This document shows positions 25,471 to 37,606 of a stretch of 64,000 nt of DNA, piece after piece. The translations under genes were made by a program, and so were the position numbers. Origin of the DNA: Eledone cirrhosa (lineage: Eukaryota); contig OZ024743.1 of NCBI GenBank assembly GCA_964016885.1, positions 166,718,001 through 166,782,000 on the forward strand. Reading direction: 5' to 3'. The notes beneath the pieces are model-generated. The model was not told the origin of the DNA, did no database searches, and was given only the letters and a program-made list of their open reading frames with translations. Position 1 is the stretch's first letter. Each line of letters starts with the position of its first letter.

Positions 25471-26768
25471 TTTGGGTGTTCTGGAGGCTGATGACATCAA
25501 GAACAAAAAAATGAAGGAGTTGATAAGATCTGAGTACATTAGGAGAGTTAGGAGCGTATTAAAATCACTTCTAAATAGTAGGAATGTCATAAGTGCAGTG
25601 AATTCCCGAGCTGTGTTTATTATTAGGTACAGTGCGGGAATTCTGAGATGGAATGTTGCTGAACAAAAAGAAATGGATAGGAAGACTAGGAAGCTATTGA
25701 CTATCTACAACATGTTCCACAAGAGGAGTGATGTCGATAGACTCTACCTAAGGAGATCTGAGGGTGGAAGAGGTCTTATCAGCATAGAGGACTGTATTCA
25801 GATGGAGAAAAACAACCTATACAAATACGTGACCTATAGTAAGGAGCCAATGCTCAGAACTGTACTGAAGGAGGGGACAGTAGGCCAGGGGATGTCCAAG
25901 GAGGAAATAACATCAAGGAGGAAGAGCAGCCTTAAGGGAAAATCCCTTCATAGTACCTTCTTTGAGAAAACTGAATTTAGAGATCCACAGACATGGAACT
26001 GGTTGAGAAGAGGAGACCTCAAAAAGGCTACAGAAGGAATGCTAATGGCTGCGCAGGAGCAGGCCCTCAAAACGAAGTGGTTGAAGCACCATATTTACAA
26101 GGAGGAGGCTAGCCCACTGTGCAGGATCTGTGGAGAGAGAGAGGAGACTGTGGCTTACATTGTGTCCGAGTGTAAACACCTAGCCCAGACCCACTATAAG
26201 GGCTGGAGACACGATGTGATGGGCAGGGTGATCCACTGGCACCTGTGCAAAGTAAACAATTTACCACATTCTGAGAAATGGTATGAGCATAGGCCAGAGG
26301 CGGTGATGGAGAACAATCAGGTGAAGGTGCTGTGGGATTTTAGGATACAGACGGACAAAAAACTGGAACACAATAGACCTGATCTGGTGGTTGTGGAAAA
26401 AGAAAAAAGATCGTGTCTGATTGTGGATGTGGCCTGCCCGTTCGACACGAGAGTGCAAGAGAAGGAGAGGGAGAAAATTAACTGATACCAGGACCTAAAG
26501 TGGGAGGTGAAAAGGATTTGGAACTGCCATGAAGTCAAAGTGATCCCGATTGTCATAGGCGCACTGGGAACTATCTCCAAAAGTTTCCAGGGATGGTTAA
26601 AGAAAATCGGCCCCTTCACGCTTTTTGGAACGCTTCAAAAGGCATGCTTGCTTGGAACAGCAAGAACCCTCCGATACGTCCTGAATATCTGAGGCTGCAG
26701 GTAGTGGCTTGATATTCAATCCAACGGACTTTCCAGTTAACCAACATCAATGACTGAGATTCAAGGAA
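25471..26768 (+). mobile_element. R4/Dong-like family 1, 5'-truncated copy
   Basis: Matches 18043-19338. (AAT)n on both sides. Confidence 0.95.
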
Positions 26769-26778
26769 TAACAACAAC

Positions 26779-26838
<60 letters not shown>

Positions 26839-26840
<2 letters not shown>

Positions 26841-29080
26841 TTTCTTTATTGGCCACAAGGGCTGACATCAAGAAAAACATTACAGACGGCACAGGACGGT
26901 ACAGGACGGTACGATGTGGGTTTTGTGCGTGTAAATATTTTTATTATTTATATAAGAAAAGAAAAAAAGGACATAGAAACATATATATATATAAACAATA
27001 AAAATGAAAATTGAAACAATGAAAAATTCCTCAATAGGGGGGAAACCTCCGAGGGTTACTCGTGGCGAAAAACACAAAAGACCACGGCCACCCTGACCAC
27101 CAGGGCAAGCGTCAATTTTTCCATTTCTCAAACTACAGACGTATATTCAGAGCGGTCCCATTCACTCGGACCATTCTCGCTACATTCACCCACCTTTCAA
27201 GAAACTTGCTAGAAGGTAGCACTTGCCTCTCCACTCTGATTTTCCTCTTCAAGTGAAACTTGAAAAAGTTAATTAGGGATTCGGCGAAGAGGAAAGTGTC
27301 TGTTTTTAACCCTTTCAACCTTGTCCACCACACAATCTCTTTCGCCAAGGCCACCAGGCAGATGAAAACCGCCTGCCCTTCCTCCTCGAAGGAAGACGGC
27401 GAGACCATCTGCACAATGGACTCAGTCGATAACCGGATCAGTCCTACACGCGACAGCAACTGTTCGAAATAGCTCCACAAGTCAGCAATGCTCGGGCACT
27501 GAACGAGTGCGTACACGACGGTTTCGTCGCTCTGCGCACATCTCGGACAGGCTCGGCTGACGGCACTTCCGTGCCTGTAGAGCTTATCTCGAACCGGCAG
27601 CGCTCCCCGGTAGCACTGCCAGGCCAGGGATTTTTGGAAGTTATCCATATGCCCTGGGCTGAAAGTTCTCCGGAAGAGAGCAAACAGCTGATCTTCTTCG
27701 ACGCCCAGGATCTCTCCGAGAACGTCGTCGCTCTTCCCTTCCACTAGTCCTCTATAGAACGCCGAGGTGGATGTTCCACCGATATTGGTGCCCAGCTGGC
27801 AGAGGGCAGTGAGCGCCTGGAGACATTCCAGTTTCCAAGCGCTATCCCTCGGTCTTTTTCTGACCCAGGACTGCAGCTCCGTCAAGGAGACGCGCTGTGG
27901 GAAAACGTGCCTGGCGAACGGCGACCACACCTGTTCACCGTCAAGGAAGCACCAGAGATGTCGCAGCCTCAGCGCATATTTGCGCATCATCAGCCATGGC
28001 ATGCCCAATCCTCCACGCAACGGGTGTTGACAGCAGATGGATCGTCGGACCGTGGGAGCGCGTCCCTTCCACAATAAGCGGAAGAGGAGGCGCTCCATTT
28101 TGGTGAGAGTTGGGTCGGAGTAAGGGACGACGGTGAGGCGGTAGCAGATGACGGATGCGATGTACGCATTCGCCACCTTTCAGGGACAGCTTCCTCTCAG
28201 CCCATTTCTGGGTGAGGGAGGCCACTTTGCTCGTCACCTCGTTCCAGTTTTTCTCCACCTGGAGGTCTGGTCCGAACCAGCAATTTAACCGGTCCGTCAG
28301 TCCAACGCCCCACGACGCTGTCGGACGGCATGGGCTTGCCTCTCCAGGTGCCAAGCTGCAAGCCCACCGACTTTTCCTGGTTTATCTTTGCCCCTGTCGT
28401 CGCTTCGTATTCCTTGAGAGCGGTGCCGAGCATCTGGACGTGTCTGGTGCTCGACACCACCACGGTGACATCGTCGGCGCAAGCCGACTCGGATTTCCCG
28501 CATCATAGTTCGCGCGGGACCCCCCTCAACGTCTCCAGCTTGTGCAGTAATGGCTCGAGAGTCAATACGTACAAGAGGGACGAGAGGGCACAACCCTGGC
28601 TGACTGAGCGCATGATGCTGAACTGCTGCGACAGATGACCGTTCATCCTCACAACTGAGCAGATGTCACTGTACATCGCTGCGATCCAACCCCTGAAAAC
28701 GGGCCCGAAACCGGCTGCCTCGAGGACCGCCCCCAGGTACCGATGGTCGACCCTATCGAATGCTTTGGATTGATCCAAGTTGATCAGGGCCCCACCCGTG
28801 CCATGTTCCTTAACCACCCTCTCTATGATGTATCGCATGAGATGGAGGTTGTCGTGTATGGATCTGTCCGGAATGGCGTATGTCTGCGCCTCTCCCACCA
28901 GACCCTTGACGACAAGCGCCAGCCTCGTTGCTAACACCTTGGCCAAAATCTTGAACTCTGCGTTTAGCAGGGTTATGGGCCTGAAATTATCGATAACATC
29001 CCCCTTGTTCGGGTTTTTTCTCAGCAGCGCCACCGCTCCCCGGCTCACAAAACTGGGAATGCTTCCGTTCTTCTGCCAGT
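26839..29080 (-). mobile_element. Tx1-like LINE subfamily B, 5'-truncated, frameshifted ORF2
   Basis: ORFs 27133-28176 and 28503-29093 are homologous to ORF2 but diverged. The 3' UTR is distinct but has the same AATAAAGAAATC end. Confidence 0.93.
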
Positions 29081-29403
29081 ATAAAAACAACAACTTGAGG
29101 AATAAATCAGGGGAAAAAATATGAACTAGATCTATAATCTGGTATGCTCAGCCAGCATCTTTAGCTATTAAAACACCTTTAGCACACTTATTTTTTAATT
29201 CCTTGGATAAATGCTTCCCTAGATCACATAAATATTACTCTATCTTCAATAGACACACAGTTAAACTCTCTTATTCAACAATTATGAATATTGCTAAAAA
29301 TATAGCCAAAATAAATAGTAAAAATCTTAATTAGAACCGAAATATAAACAACGATAATAACAATAATAATAATAATATATTACTTAATGGGAATAACAAT
29401 AAT
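29081..29403 (+). mobile_element. PLE fragment (linker before GIY-YIG)
   Basis: Reverse-complement homologue of 5880-6205. Encodes IIWYAQP..LDKCFP..IFNRHTVKLSYS, similar to ORF 42972-43652. Confidence 0.75.
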
Positions 29404-31524
29404 GTTTTCTTTATTAACCACAAGGGTTTACATAAAGTAGACATTAAGGACAGTGCAGGACAATACAGGACGGTACAAATGGGCATTTCTGCGTGTAAAA
29501 AAACAGAGGATGTAATAAAATAACAAAGAAAAATTCCCTAATAGGGGGGAGACTTCCGAGGGACATTTGTGGAGAAAGCCCATTAAAAGACCACAGTGAC
29601 CCTGACCACCAGGGAAAGTGCCCTCTCCCAGTTTCCACCTTTAATTTACAGACACATACTCAGAGTAGGCCCATTCACTCGGGCCATACTTGCTTCTCTC
29701 ACCCATCTTTCGACAAAATGCTGGGAAGAGAGCACTTCCCTCTCTACCCTGAATTTCCTTTTCAAATGAAATTTGAAAAAGTTAATCAGAGCATCACCGA
29801 AGAGGTAAGTACTCGTCTTCAGCCCTTTCAAACGTGTCCACCATACCATCTCTTTCGCCATGGCCACCAGACAGATAAAAACTGCCTGCCCTTCCCGGCT
29901 AAAGGAAGAGGGCGGGGAAATCCTCACGATGGACTCAGCTGACAGCTGGATCCGTCCTACACGTGACAGCAGGTGTTCGACATAAACCCACAAGTCAACA
30001 ATGCTCGGACACTGGACGAGTGCGTGCAGGACGGTTTCGTCGCCCTGCGCGCATCTCGGACATGCCCGGCTGACGGCACCTCCATGCCTGTAGAGTTTAT
30101 CCCGAACTGGCAAAGCTCCCCGGTAGCACTGCCAGGCCAGGGATTTCTGGAAGTTGTCCATAGGCCCCGGCCCGAAAGTCCGTCCGAAGAGATTGGCTAG
30201 TTGATTTTCGTCGACGCCTAGAGTTTCTCCAAGTACGTCGTCGCTCTTCCCCTCCACTAATCCTCTATAGAACGCCAAGGTGGAGTTTCCACCGATCAGA
30301 TTGCCCGATTGGTCGAGGGCTGTGATGCCTGAAGACATTCCAGTCTCCAAGCGCTCCCTCTCGGTCTTCGCTTGACCCAGGACTGCAGATCCGTCAAGGA
30401 GACGAGCTGGGGAAAGACGTGTCTAGCAAACGGCGACCACACCTGATCACCGTCGAGGAAGAGGTGGAGATGTCGTAGCCTGAGCGCGTGTCTGCGCATC
30501 ATCAGCTACGGCAAGCCCAGCCCTCCACATAGCGGGTGTTGACAGCAGATGGACCGCCTGACCATCGGAGCGTGTCCCTTCCACAAAAAGCGAAAGAGCA
30601 AAAGCTCCAGCGCAGTCAGGCGGGGCTTAGGACAAGGTACGACGGTCAGGCGGTAGTAGATGACGGACGCGAAGTACGCGTTAGCCACCTCCGCTCGACC
30701 TTTCAGGGATAGCTTCCTCTCTGCCCATTTCTGGGTGAGAGAAGCCACCCTGCTCGTCACCTCGTCCCAGTTTTTGTCCGTCTGGAGGTCCGCACCGAAC
30801 CAGACCCCTAGCAATTTAACCGGTCCGTCCGTCCAGCGCCCGACGACGCTGTTGGAGGCATGGAACTGCCTCTCCAGGTGCCGAGCTGCAGGCCCACTGA
30901 CTTTTCCTCTGTTGATCATTGCTCCTGTCACCGCTTCGTATTCTCTTAGTGTAGTGCCGATCGCCTCGAAGTGTTTGGCGTTCGACACCACCACGGTGAC
31001 ATCGTCCGCATATGCTGACACGGATCTTCCGCATCCTAGTTCGCGCGGGACCACCCTCAACGTCTCCAGCTTGTGCAGTAATGGCTCGAGAGTCAATACG
31101 TACAAGAGGGACGAGAGAGCACAACCCTGGCTGACTGAGCGCATGATGCTGAACTGCTGCGACAGATGACCGTTCATCCTCACAACTGAGCAGATGTCGC
31201 TCTACATCGCTGCGATCCAACCCCTGAAAACGGGCCCGAAACCGGCTGCCTCGAGGACCGCCGCCAGGTACCGATGGTCGACCCTATTGAATGCTTTGGA
31301 TTGAACCAAGTTGATCAGGGGCCCACCCGTGCCATGTTCCTTAACCACCATCTCTATGATGTATCGCATGAGGTGGAGGTTGTCGTGTATGGATCTGTCC
31401 GGAATGGCGCATGTTTGCGCCTCTCCCACCAGACCCTTGACGACAAGCGCCAGCCTCGTTGCTAACACCTTGGCCAAAATCTTGAACTCTGCGTTTAGCA
31501 GGGTCATGGGCCTGAAATTATCGA
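29404..31524 (-). mobile_element. Tx1-like LINE, 5'-truncated A/B recombinant
   Basis: 29404 to about 31050 matches subfamily A. About 31050-31524 matches subfamily B at 28510-28995. Confidence 0.92.
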
Positions 31525-32322
31525 AGACAAATAATCTCAATAAAAATGGAGTAACATGATTCCAATCGCTCTGTCGTCTATCCGAGGATTGCTTTGCACT
31601 GCTACAAACGCCACGCCACATGAAAGAGTATTTTCATTCACCAGATCGACAAACAACGGCACAGAAATACCAGAGTTTCTAAATAAACCGGGCACAATCG
31701 TGCTACGTCGACGTCACATAAGGAATAAAGGTGATCTCACGGAAAACGTTCAACTCATCGAGACGATCTCACCTCACTTTGCCAAGGTACAATTTAATAG
31801 TGGAAGAATAGACACAGTCTCAACTACAAATCTCGCACCAGCAGCATCACCACAAAACAATGGAAATTCAACAACATCGGAGTGTCAGAATAATAACTCC
31901 CCCAAAGGCGCCAATTTAACTCAACCAACAGCAATATCTACACCTGTGGCCGTTGGGAACGAAAGTATGACATCTACCGCCGATGACAATCCTACATAGA
32001 GAGCTGAATTCAACGACGATGAATATTCTGACATTCTTAACCTCGAATAACACACCCCAACAACAAAAAGACGCCGAGGACGCTTAGTAGTGAGGCCAAT
32101 GCGATACAACGACTAACGCTAGAGGCAAAGAATGTGATGATATGATTTGTTTTATAGCATCACTTTCTTCTCTTTGATTTGATTCCTTTTTATTCTTATT
32201 CGTTGTATTCGTTCTGTTCTTGTTTGTTGTATTGTTGAACCATACTAATTTCTTCTCTTATTGACTCTTTCGATATTATTCTTAGATTGAATAAAAACCT
32301 TTGATTTAGTACAAAATAATAC

Positions 32323-32325
<3 letters not shown>
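31525..32325 (+). mobile_element. Ty3/Gypsy LTR retrotransposon remnant: integrase C-terminus, PPT and 3' LTR (about 32133-32325)
   Basis: ALSSIRGLLCTATNATPHERVF resembles a Gypsy integrase end. Purine tract AGAGGCAAAGAA is followed by TGTGATG.., AATAAA and ..ACAAC. Confidence 0.7.
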
Positions 32326-32368
<43 letters not shown>

Positions 32369-32419
32369 TCATCATCATCATCATCATCGTTTAATGTCCA
32401 TCTTCCACGCTAACATGGG

Positions 32420-32451
<32 letters not shown>

Positions 32452-32455
<4 letters not shown>

Positions 32456-35118
32456 TCATCAACATCCTCATCATTTTACGTCCGCTTTTCCCTGCTTGCA
32501 CAGCATCTCTCCACTTGTCACGGTCCTTCGTCATCTCCACTGTGAGCTTCAGCGATCTGAGGTCTGTTCTCACCACTTCCGCCCATGTTTTTCGTGGTCT
32601 ACCTCTACTACGTCTTCCTTCAACTGGCATTTCCTGGCACTTCTTCACCCATCGGTCATCATCCATGCGCATCACATGTCCATACCACCGCAGTCTCCTC
32701 TCCCGTACACTACATTCTATCCCTCTCAGACACAGTTTCTCTCTCAACACATCCATGCTGGGTCGTTCACGCACATTGACATTGCACATCAAACGGAGCA
32801 TGCTTGCCTCATTTCTCTCCAGCCGTCGCATATCCTCTGCAGTTGCTGCCCAAGTCTCACTACCATGCAGCATCACGCTCCTCACACAGGCATCATATAA
32901 CCGGCCTTTCGTACACAGGGAGAAACCCTTCTTCGCCAGCAGAGGAAGCAGCTCCCTAAACTTCTTCCAACGCGTCCTTATTCTAGATACTATGCACTCG
33001 GAACACTCCACCCACCCATGCTAATCTGATCTCCTAGGTACCGGAAGCTATCAACCACTTCTATAGCATCCGCCTGCATTTGAAAAATGTGTCTATCAAT
33101 GCGACTTCTACTGTCTAATTTCCCTGTACATCTACTGCATATGTATTTCTCCCCACCTGTTAGTTTGCCTGCTATCCCACTACATCTCTTGTGCACCCAA
33201 CATCTGCATCGTGTGAATTTTACAGAATTTATGCCAGTTCCTTTTCTGCATATCGAACATGGCCATTTCCCTGACGGAACCATAGTTTTGACCTCTTTTC
33301 TACTCGTCAACACTTTTGTCTTAGATAGGTTCACTCTCAGTCCTCTTGAATCCAACTGCTGTTTCCATAGCCAGAATTTATTCTCTAGCTCCTCTACTGA
33401 TTCTGCTATAAGAACCAGATCGTCAGCATAGAGAAGTTCCCATGGACAGCCAGCCTTAAACTCATCTGTTATGGTTTGGAGGACTATAATGAACAAGAGC
33501 GGGCTGAGGACCGAACCTGGATGTAATCCTACTTGTATCTGAAATTCCCCACTAAACTCCATTCCTACCCTGACTTTACTGACAGCACCCCTGTACAAAG
33601 TTTGCACTGTCCTCACAAGCCATTTCTCAACACCTAGTTTCCTTAGGGACCACCAGATGACAGATCGGGGTACCCTATCAAAGGCCATCTCTAGGTCAAC
33701 CTAAGCTAAGTATAGTGGCTTATTCTTCTCTAAGAACCTCTCTTGTAATTGTCTCACCAAGAAGAGGGCATCTGTTGTACTTTTCCCAGGCACAAAACCA
33801 AACTGCATCTCATCTAGTGTGACCCTTTCTCTAATAAGTTGTGCTAATATCCTTTCTGCCACTTTCATAACCTGATCCATCAGTTTTATACCTCCTCTCC
33901 AGAACATGCCCTTTACCTTTGTAGCAATTTATGTGAATACTGCTGCACCAGTCTCTGGGTATGACACCTCCATATATAGCCTCATTGATGATGCGTGCAA
34001 CCAGTTTAGTGCCTATGTCCCCTGATGCCTTCAGCATCTCAGCAACTATCCCCGATGGTCCAGCGGCTTTACTATTTTTCATTTCCTTAATCGCGCCTTG
34101 GACCCTATATTCGTCAATCTCAATAGCTGGTCCCTCTGTCGGGTCTGCTAGGGGTAATTTCTCTCTCTCTCATTCGTTCTCCACATTCATCAGTCTCTCA
34201 TAATGACATTTCCAGACCTCCTTTTTCTGATCATTCATGACACTAAGTACACCGGCATCATTCCGGACACATTTATCTCCAACAACATCCTGATTTGCAT
34301 TGACACACTGCCTTGCAATGTGGAACACCGCACGTCTTTGATCTTCCCGTGGCAGAACATTGGCAAACCTCCTACTCTCAGCCTCCCTGCGTGCTAATTA
34401 CACCTGACGTCTAGCTTCTCTCTTAGCGGCTGTATATCCTTCTCTATTCCCACCATTTTTCCAAGCCTACCATGCTAGTCGTTTGTCTCTAATGGCCCTA
34501 TCTACCGTGCTGTTCCACCACCAAGTCACTCTCTGTCTGGTTGGAGCTCTGCTCCAGCCACAAATTTCATCTGTAGCCTGCAGTAAGTTGTCACGTAAGA
34601 AATTCCAGGTATCATCTGTCATACGACTCTAAATCGTCTTCCTTTTCGTCATACACATCTTGAAGGGCTTTCCTAAATTTGTATTTTAGTGAAAGGTCTT
34701 TTAGCTTCCAGAAAGGTCTTTTAGATCCACACTTTCCTGTGTCTCATTCCATCTCTTGCTTACTGAGATATCACTAACGACTAACCTATGCTGTGGGGTA
34801 CATTCTTCTCCAGGGTATGCCTTGGTATTTGACACCATCTGTCTGTCCCGCTGCCTAACTAATAAGAAGTCAACCTGGCTTATGTACTCGTCTGATTTGT
34901 AGGTTATTAGGTGGTTGGCAGGTTTCTGGAAGTTAGTGTTGCAAATGGTCAGTGTACTTGCATCACAAAATTCAAGAAGTCTCACTCCTTCATTTCTTGA
35001 GCCGTAACCGTGCCCACCATGTACCCCAGTGTAACCATCCTGGAGCTGTTCAACATGGCCATTGAAGTCCCCTGCTAGCATAACGATGTCTCCTTCCTCT
35101 GTCATTGCGGCTGTTTGT
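32452..35118 (-). mobile_element. RTE-clade LINE, 5'-truncated within APE, decayed
   Basis: AGDFNGHV, QVDFLL, QHRLVV (APE); QFGFVPGKSTTDA, AFDRVPR, YADD (RT); RRLRWYGHVMR, GRPRKTW; (GAT)n tail. Confidence 0.93.
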
Positions 35119-35327
35119 AATCAATCCGCCGTCGAGGCGGTTCCGCCGCCGACCCGTAGGGTTGCGCGTAGGCAGCGGGGAATACGACCGGCTACGGCGA
35201 TGCTTACTCGGCCAGGGGGTCCTGTCTATTATATAAGGTAAGCTATTATATAGGGTAAGCTTGATCTGCTGCTAGACAATGGTGTTGTTGCTGTTGTTGA
35301 AATTTGGTCGCTTCGCGTGTGTGATAT

Positions 35328-35399
<72 letters not shown>

Positions 35400-35586
35400 T
35401 TATTTATCTCTTTCTTTTCTCCATACATTTCTCTCTCTCTCCGGTATTTCTCCAGGTTTTCTTTCTCTTTCTTTCTCTCTCTCCGTCTTTTTCTAATTGT
35501 GCTTAACACTATGAGACAGCCTCCAAAAGTAATGGTTGTATTTTAAAAGGGTACGTCAAAGCTATTTGTAAAACTGTTATATATGG

Positions 35587-35651
35587 TATTTTGTCTGATG
35601 AAGGCATACCATAATTTAATGTGGTATCCCTGAAATATGTATAATGAAATA
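35587..35651 (+). ncRNA. Minimal type-I hammerhead ribozyme
   Basis: Stem I tattttgt/atgaaata, CTGATGA 35595, stem II agg-c-atacca..tggtat-c-cct, GAAA 35632, near-palindromic stem III tatgta, AUA triplet. Confidence 0.8.
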
Positions 35652-35753
35652 AATATGGTTTTATAAATATAGTTTCCATTTATTAATATCGTGTATATAT
35701 ATATATACGATATTAATAAATGGAAACTATATTCATAAAACCATATTTATTTC

Positions 35754-35796
<43 letters not shown>

Positions 35797-35960
35797 CACA
35801 CACATTCAACACAGACAATGGTGTTGTTGCTGTTGTTGTTGTTGCAGTTGTTGTTGTTGTAGTTGCTGTTGTTGTTGTTGTACTTGTTTTTGTTCAGTTG
35901 TTGTAGTTGCTGGGTTGAAATCTGGTTGCATCGACTATATGTATAAATATATATATATAC

Positions 35961-36039
<79 letters not shown>

Positions 36040-36457
36040 TTCAACACAGAGAAAGGAGTTTGGCAACAGGTCAGTCACCTTAGTGTAAATAGGGTAATGA
36101 CTTATGTAAATGTGGTGGTGGTAGGGACCGAATGTAGACGTTATTGTCGTGGTGGGGGGGTAGTGAGATGTATCAAGTTCATAGTTCACTTGTCCCCTTT
36201 CCTCTCTTTTCAAAATTTGAATGTATGGCCATTTTGCAATGGGGGGGGGGGCAAGTAAACGTAAAATGTAAAATTTAAATAGAGATTGCTCTGGAAAAAT
36301 ATATGGAATATTTCTGTAGCTTCTTCAGCTTCTGTCAGAACATTTCCCCGAAGTCCAATGGGCAAAGATTTTGTTGTATTTTGATCTTTCAGAATACAAA
36401 AATTAATAAAAACTTACCCCCACGAAAAACAGTGTATTGTCCGATCTAAAAGCTCCC

Positions 36458-36581
<124 letters not shown>

Positions 36582-36585
36582 CATA

Positions 36586-37543
36586 TAGGAAAATGTATGA
36601 CCCCGACGGCAGAGCACAAGCCGTATCGACGGCTATTTCTGGACTAAATTAGAATTTTTAGCATGGTAAATAAATAGCCGAACTTTTCAAGGGGTAATTC
36701 CTTATATGGGAAGAATGTAGTTGTCAAGAGGATTGGTCAAAATTTCTTATAAACACAATTAAGTCTATCATGGCAGTGGGTGGGAGGTGGGGGTGGCTGA
36801 ACTTGCCTGTAGAACAATGAGTGAGTGGGTGGAGCCGGTCAAGCGTTGAAAGTGAATTCTATACTGAAAATTCTAAGGAATGTATGAAACTAGGCTAGAG
36901 GAAGTAGGCGAAAAAGGATTCTGGAGAAAATAGAGAAGGGACATTATAGAATAGATAAATTAATTGAGATTAGAAGATAAATAAGAAAAACATATCTAAA
37001 AATATAAAAATGGATAGTAAGAAGTGATAAAAAAAACTTTAGAGTCTAAAACAGCCGCTAAGTTTAGTTGGTGTTGCGTTTTCGGTCATTGCTATGGAAT
37101 AGGTTAATAGGTTGAGAATAGAAGATACTAAATAAATAAAAAATTGTTGAAATTATAGAATTGGGTAGTAAAAAGTAATACAAAATCTCTGTGGTCTAAA
37201 ACAGCTGCTATAATTAGTTGGTATTGCGTTTTCGGTTAATGCTATCTTTAATTTACTGGGGTTGGGGTACTGAGACTACAAAGGCGCGATGGGCTGCCTC
37301 GGGGTAGGCGAAAGAGGAAAAGGAAAAGGATAGGGAGTGGCAGGAAGTGATAGGAAGAGACAAAGGGAAGAAGAAAATAGAAAGGAAAAGAAAAGAGGTG
37401 CATCTACCTATGTTAGCTGGGGTTTCCCCTATCTTGTTCGGCAAGTGGGGAAAAGGAGGATGTTGCAGCCATTGTTGCAGCCATCATCAATGGTACTATT
37501 ATGTTCCCTCCTATTTTATTGTAATGTCTACACCATTTTTATT

Positions 37544-37606
<63 letters not shown>

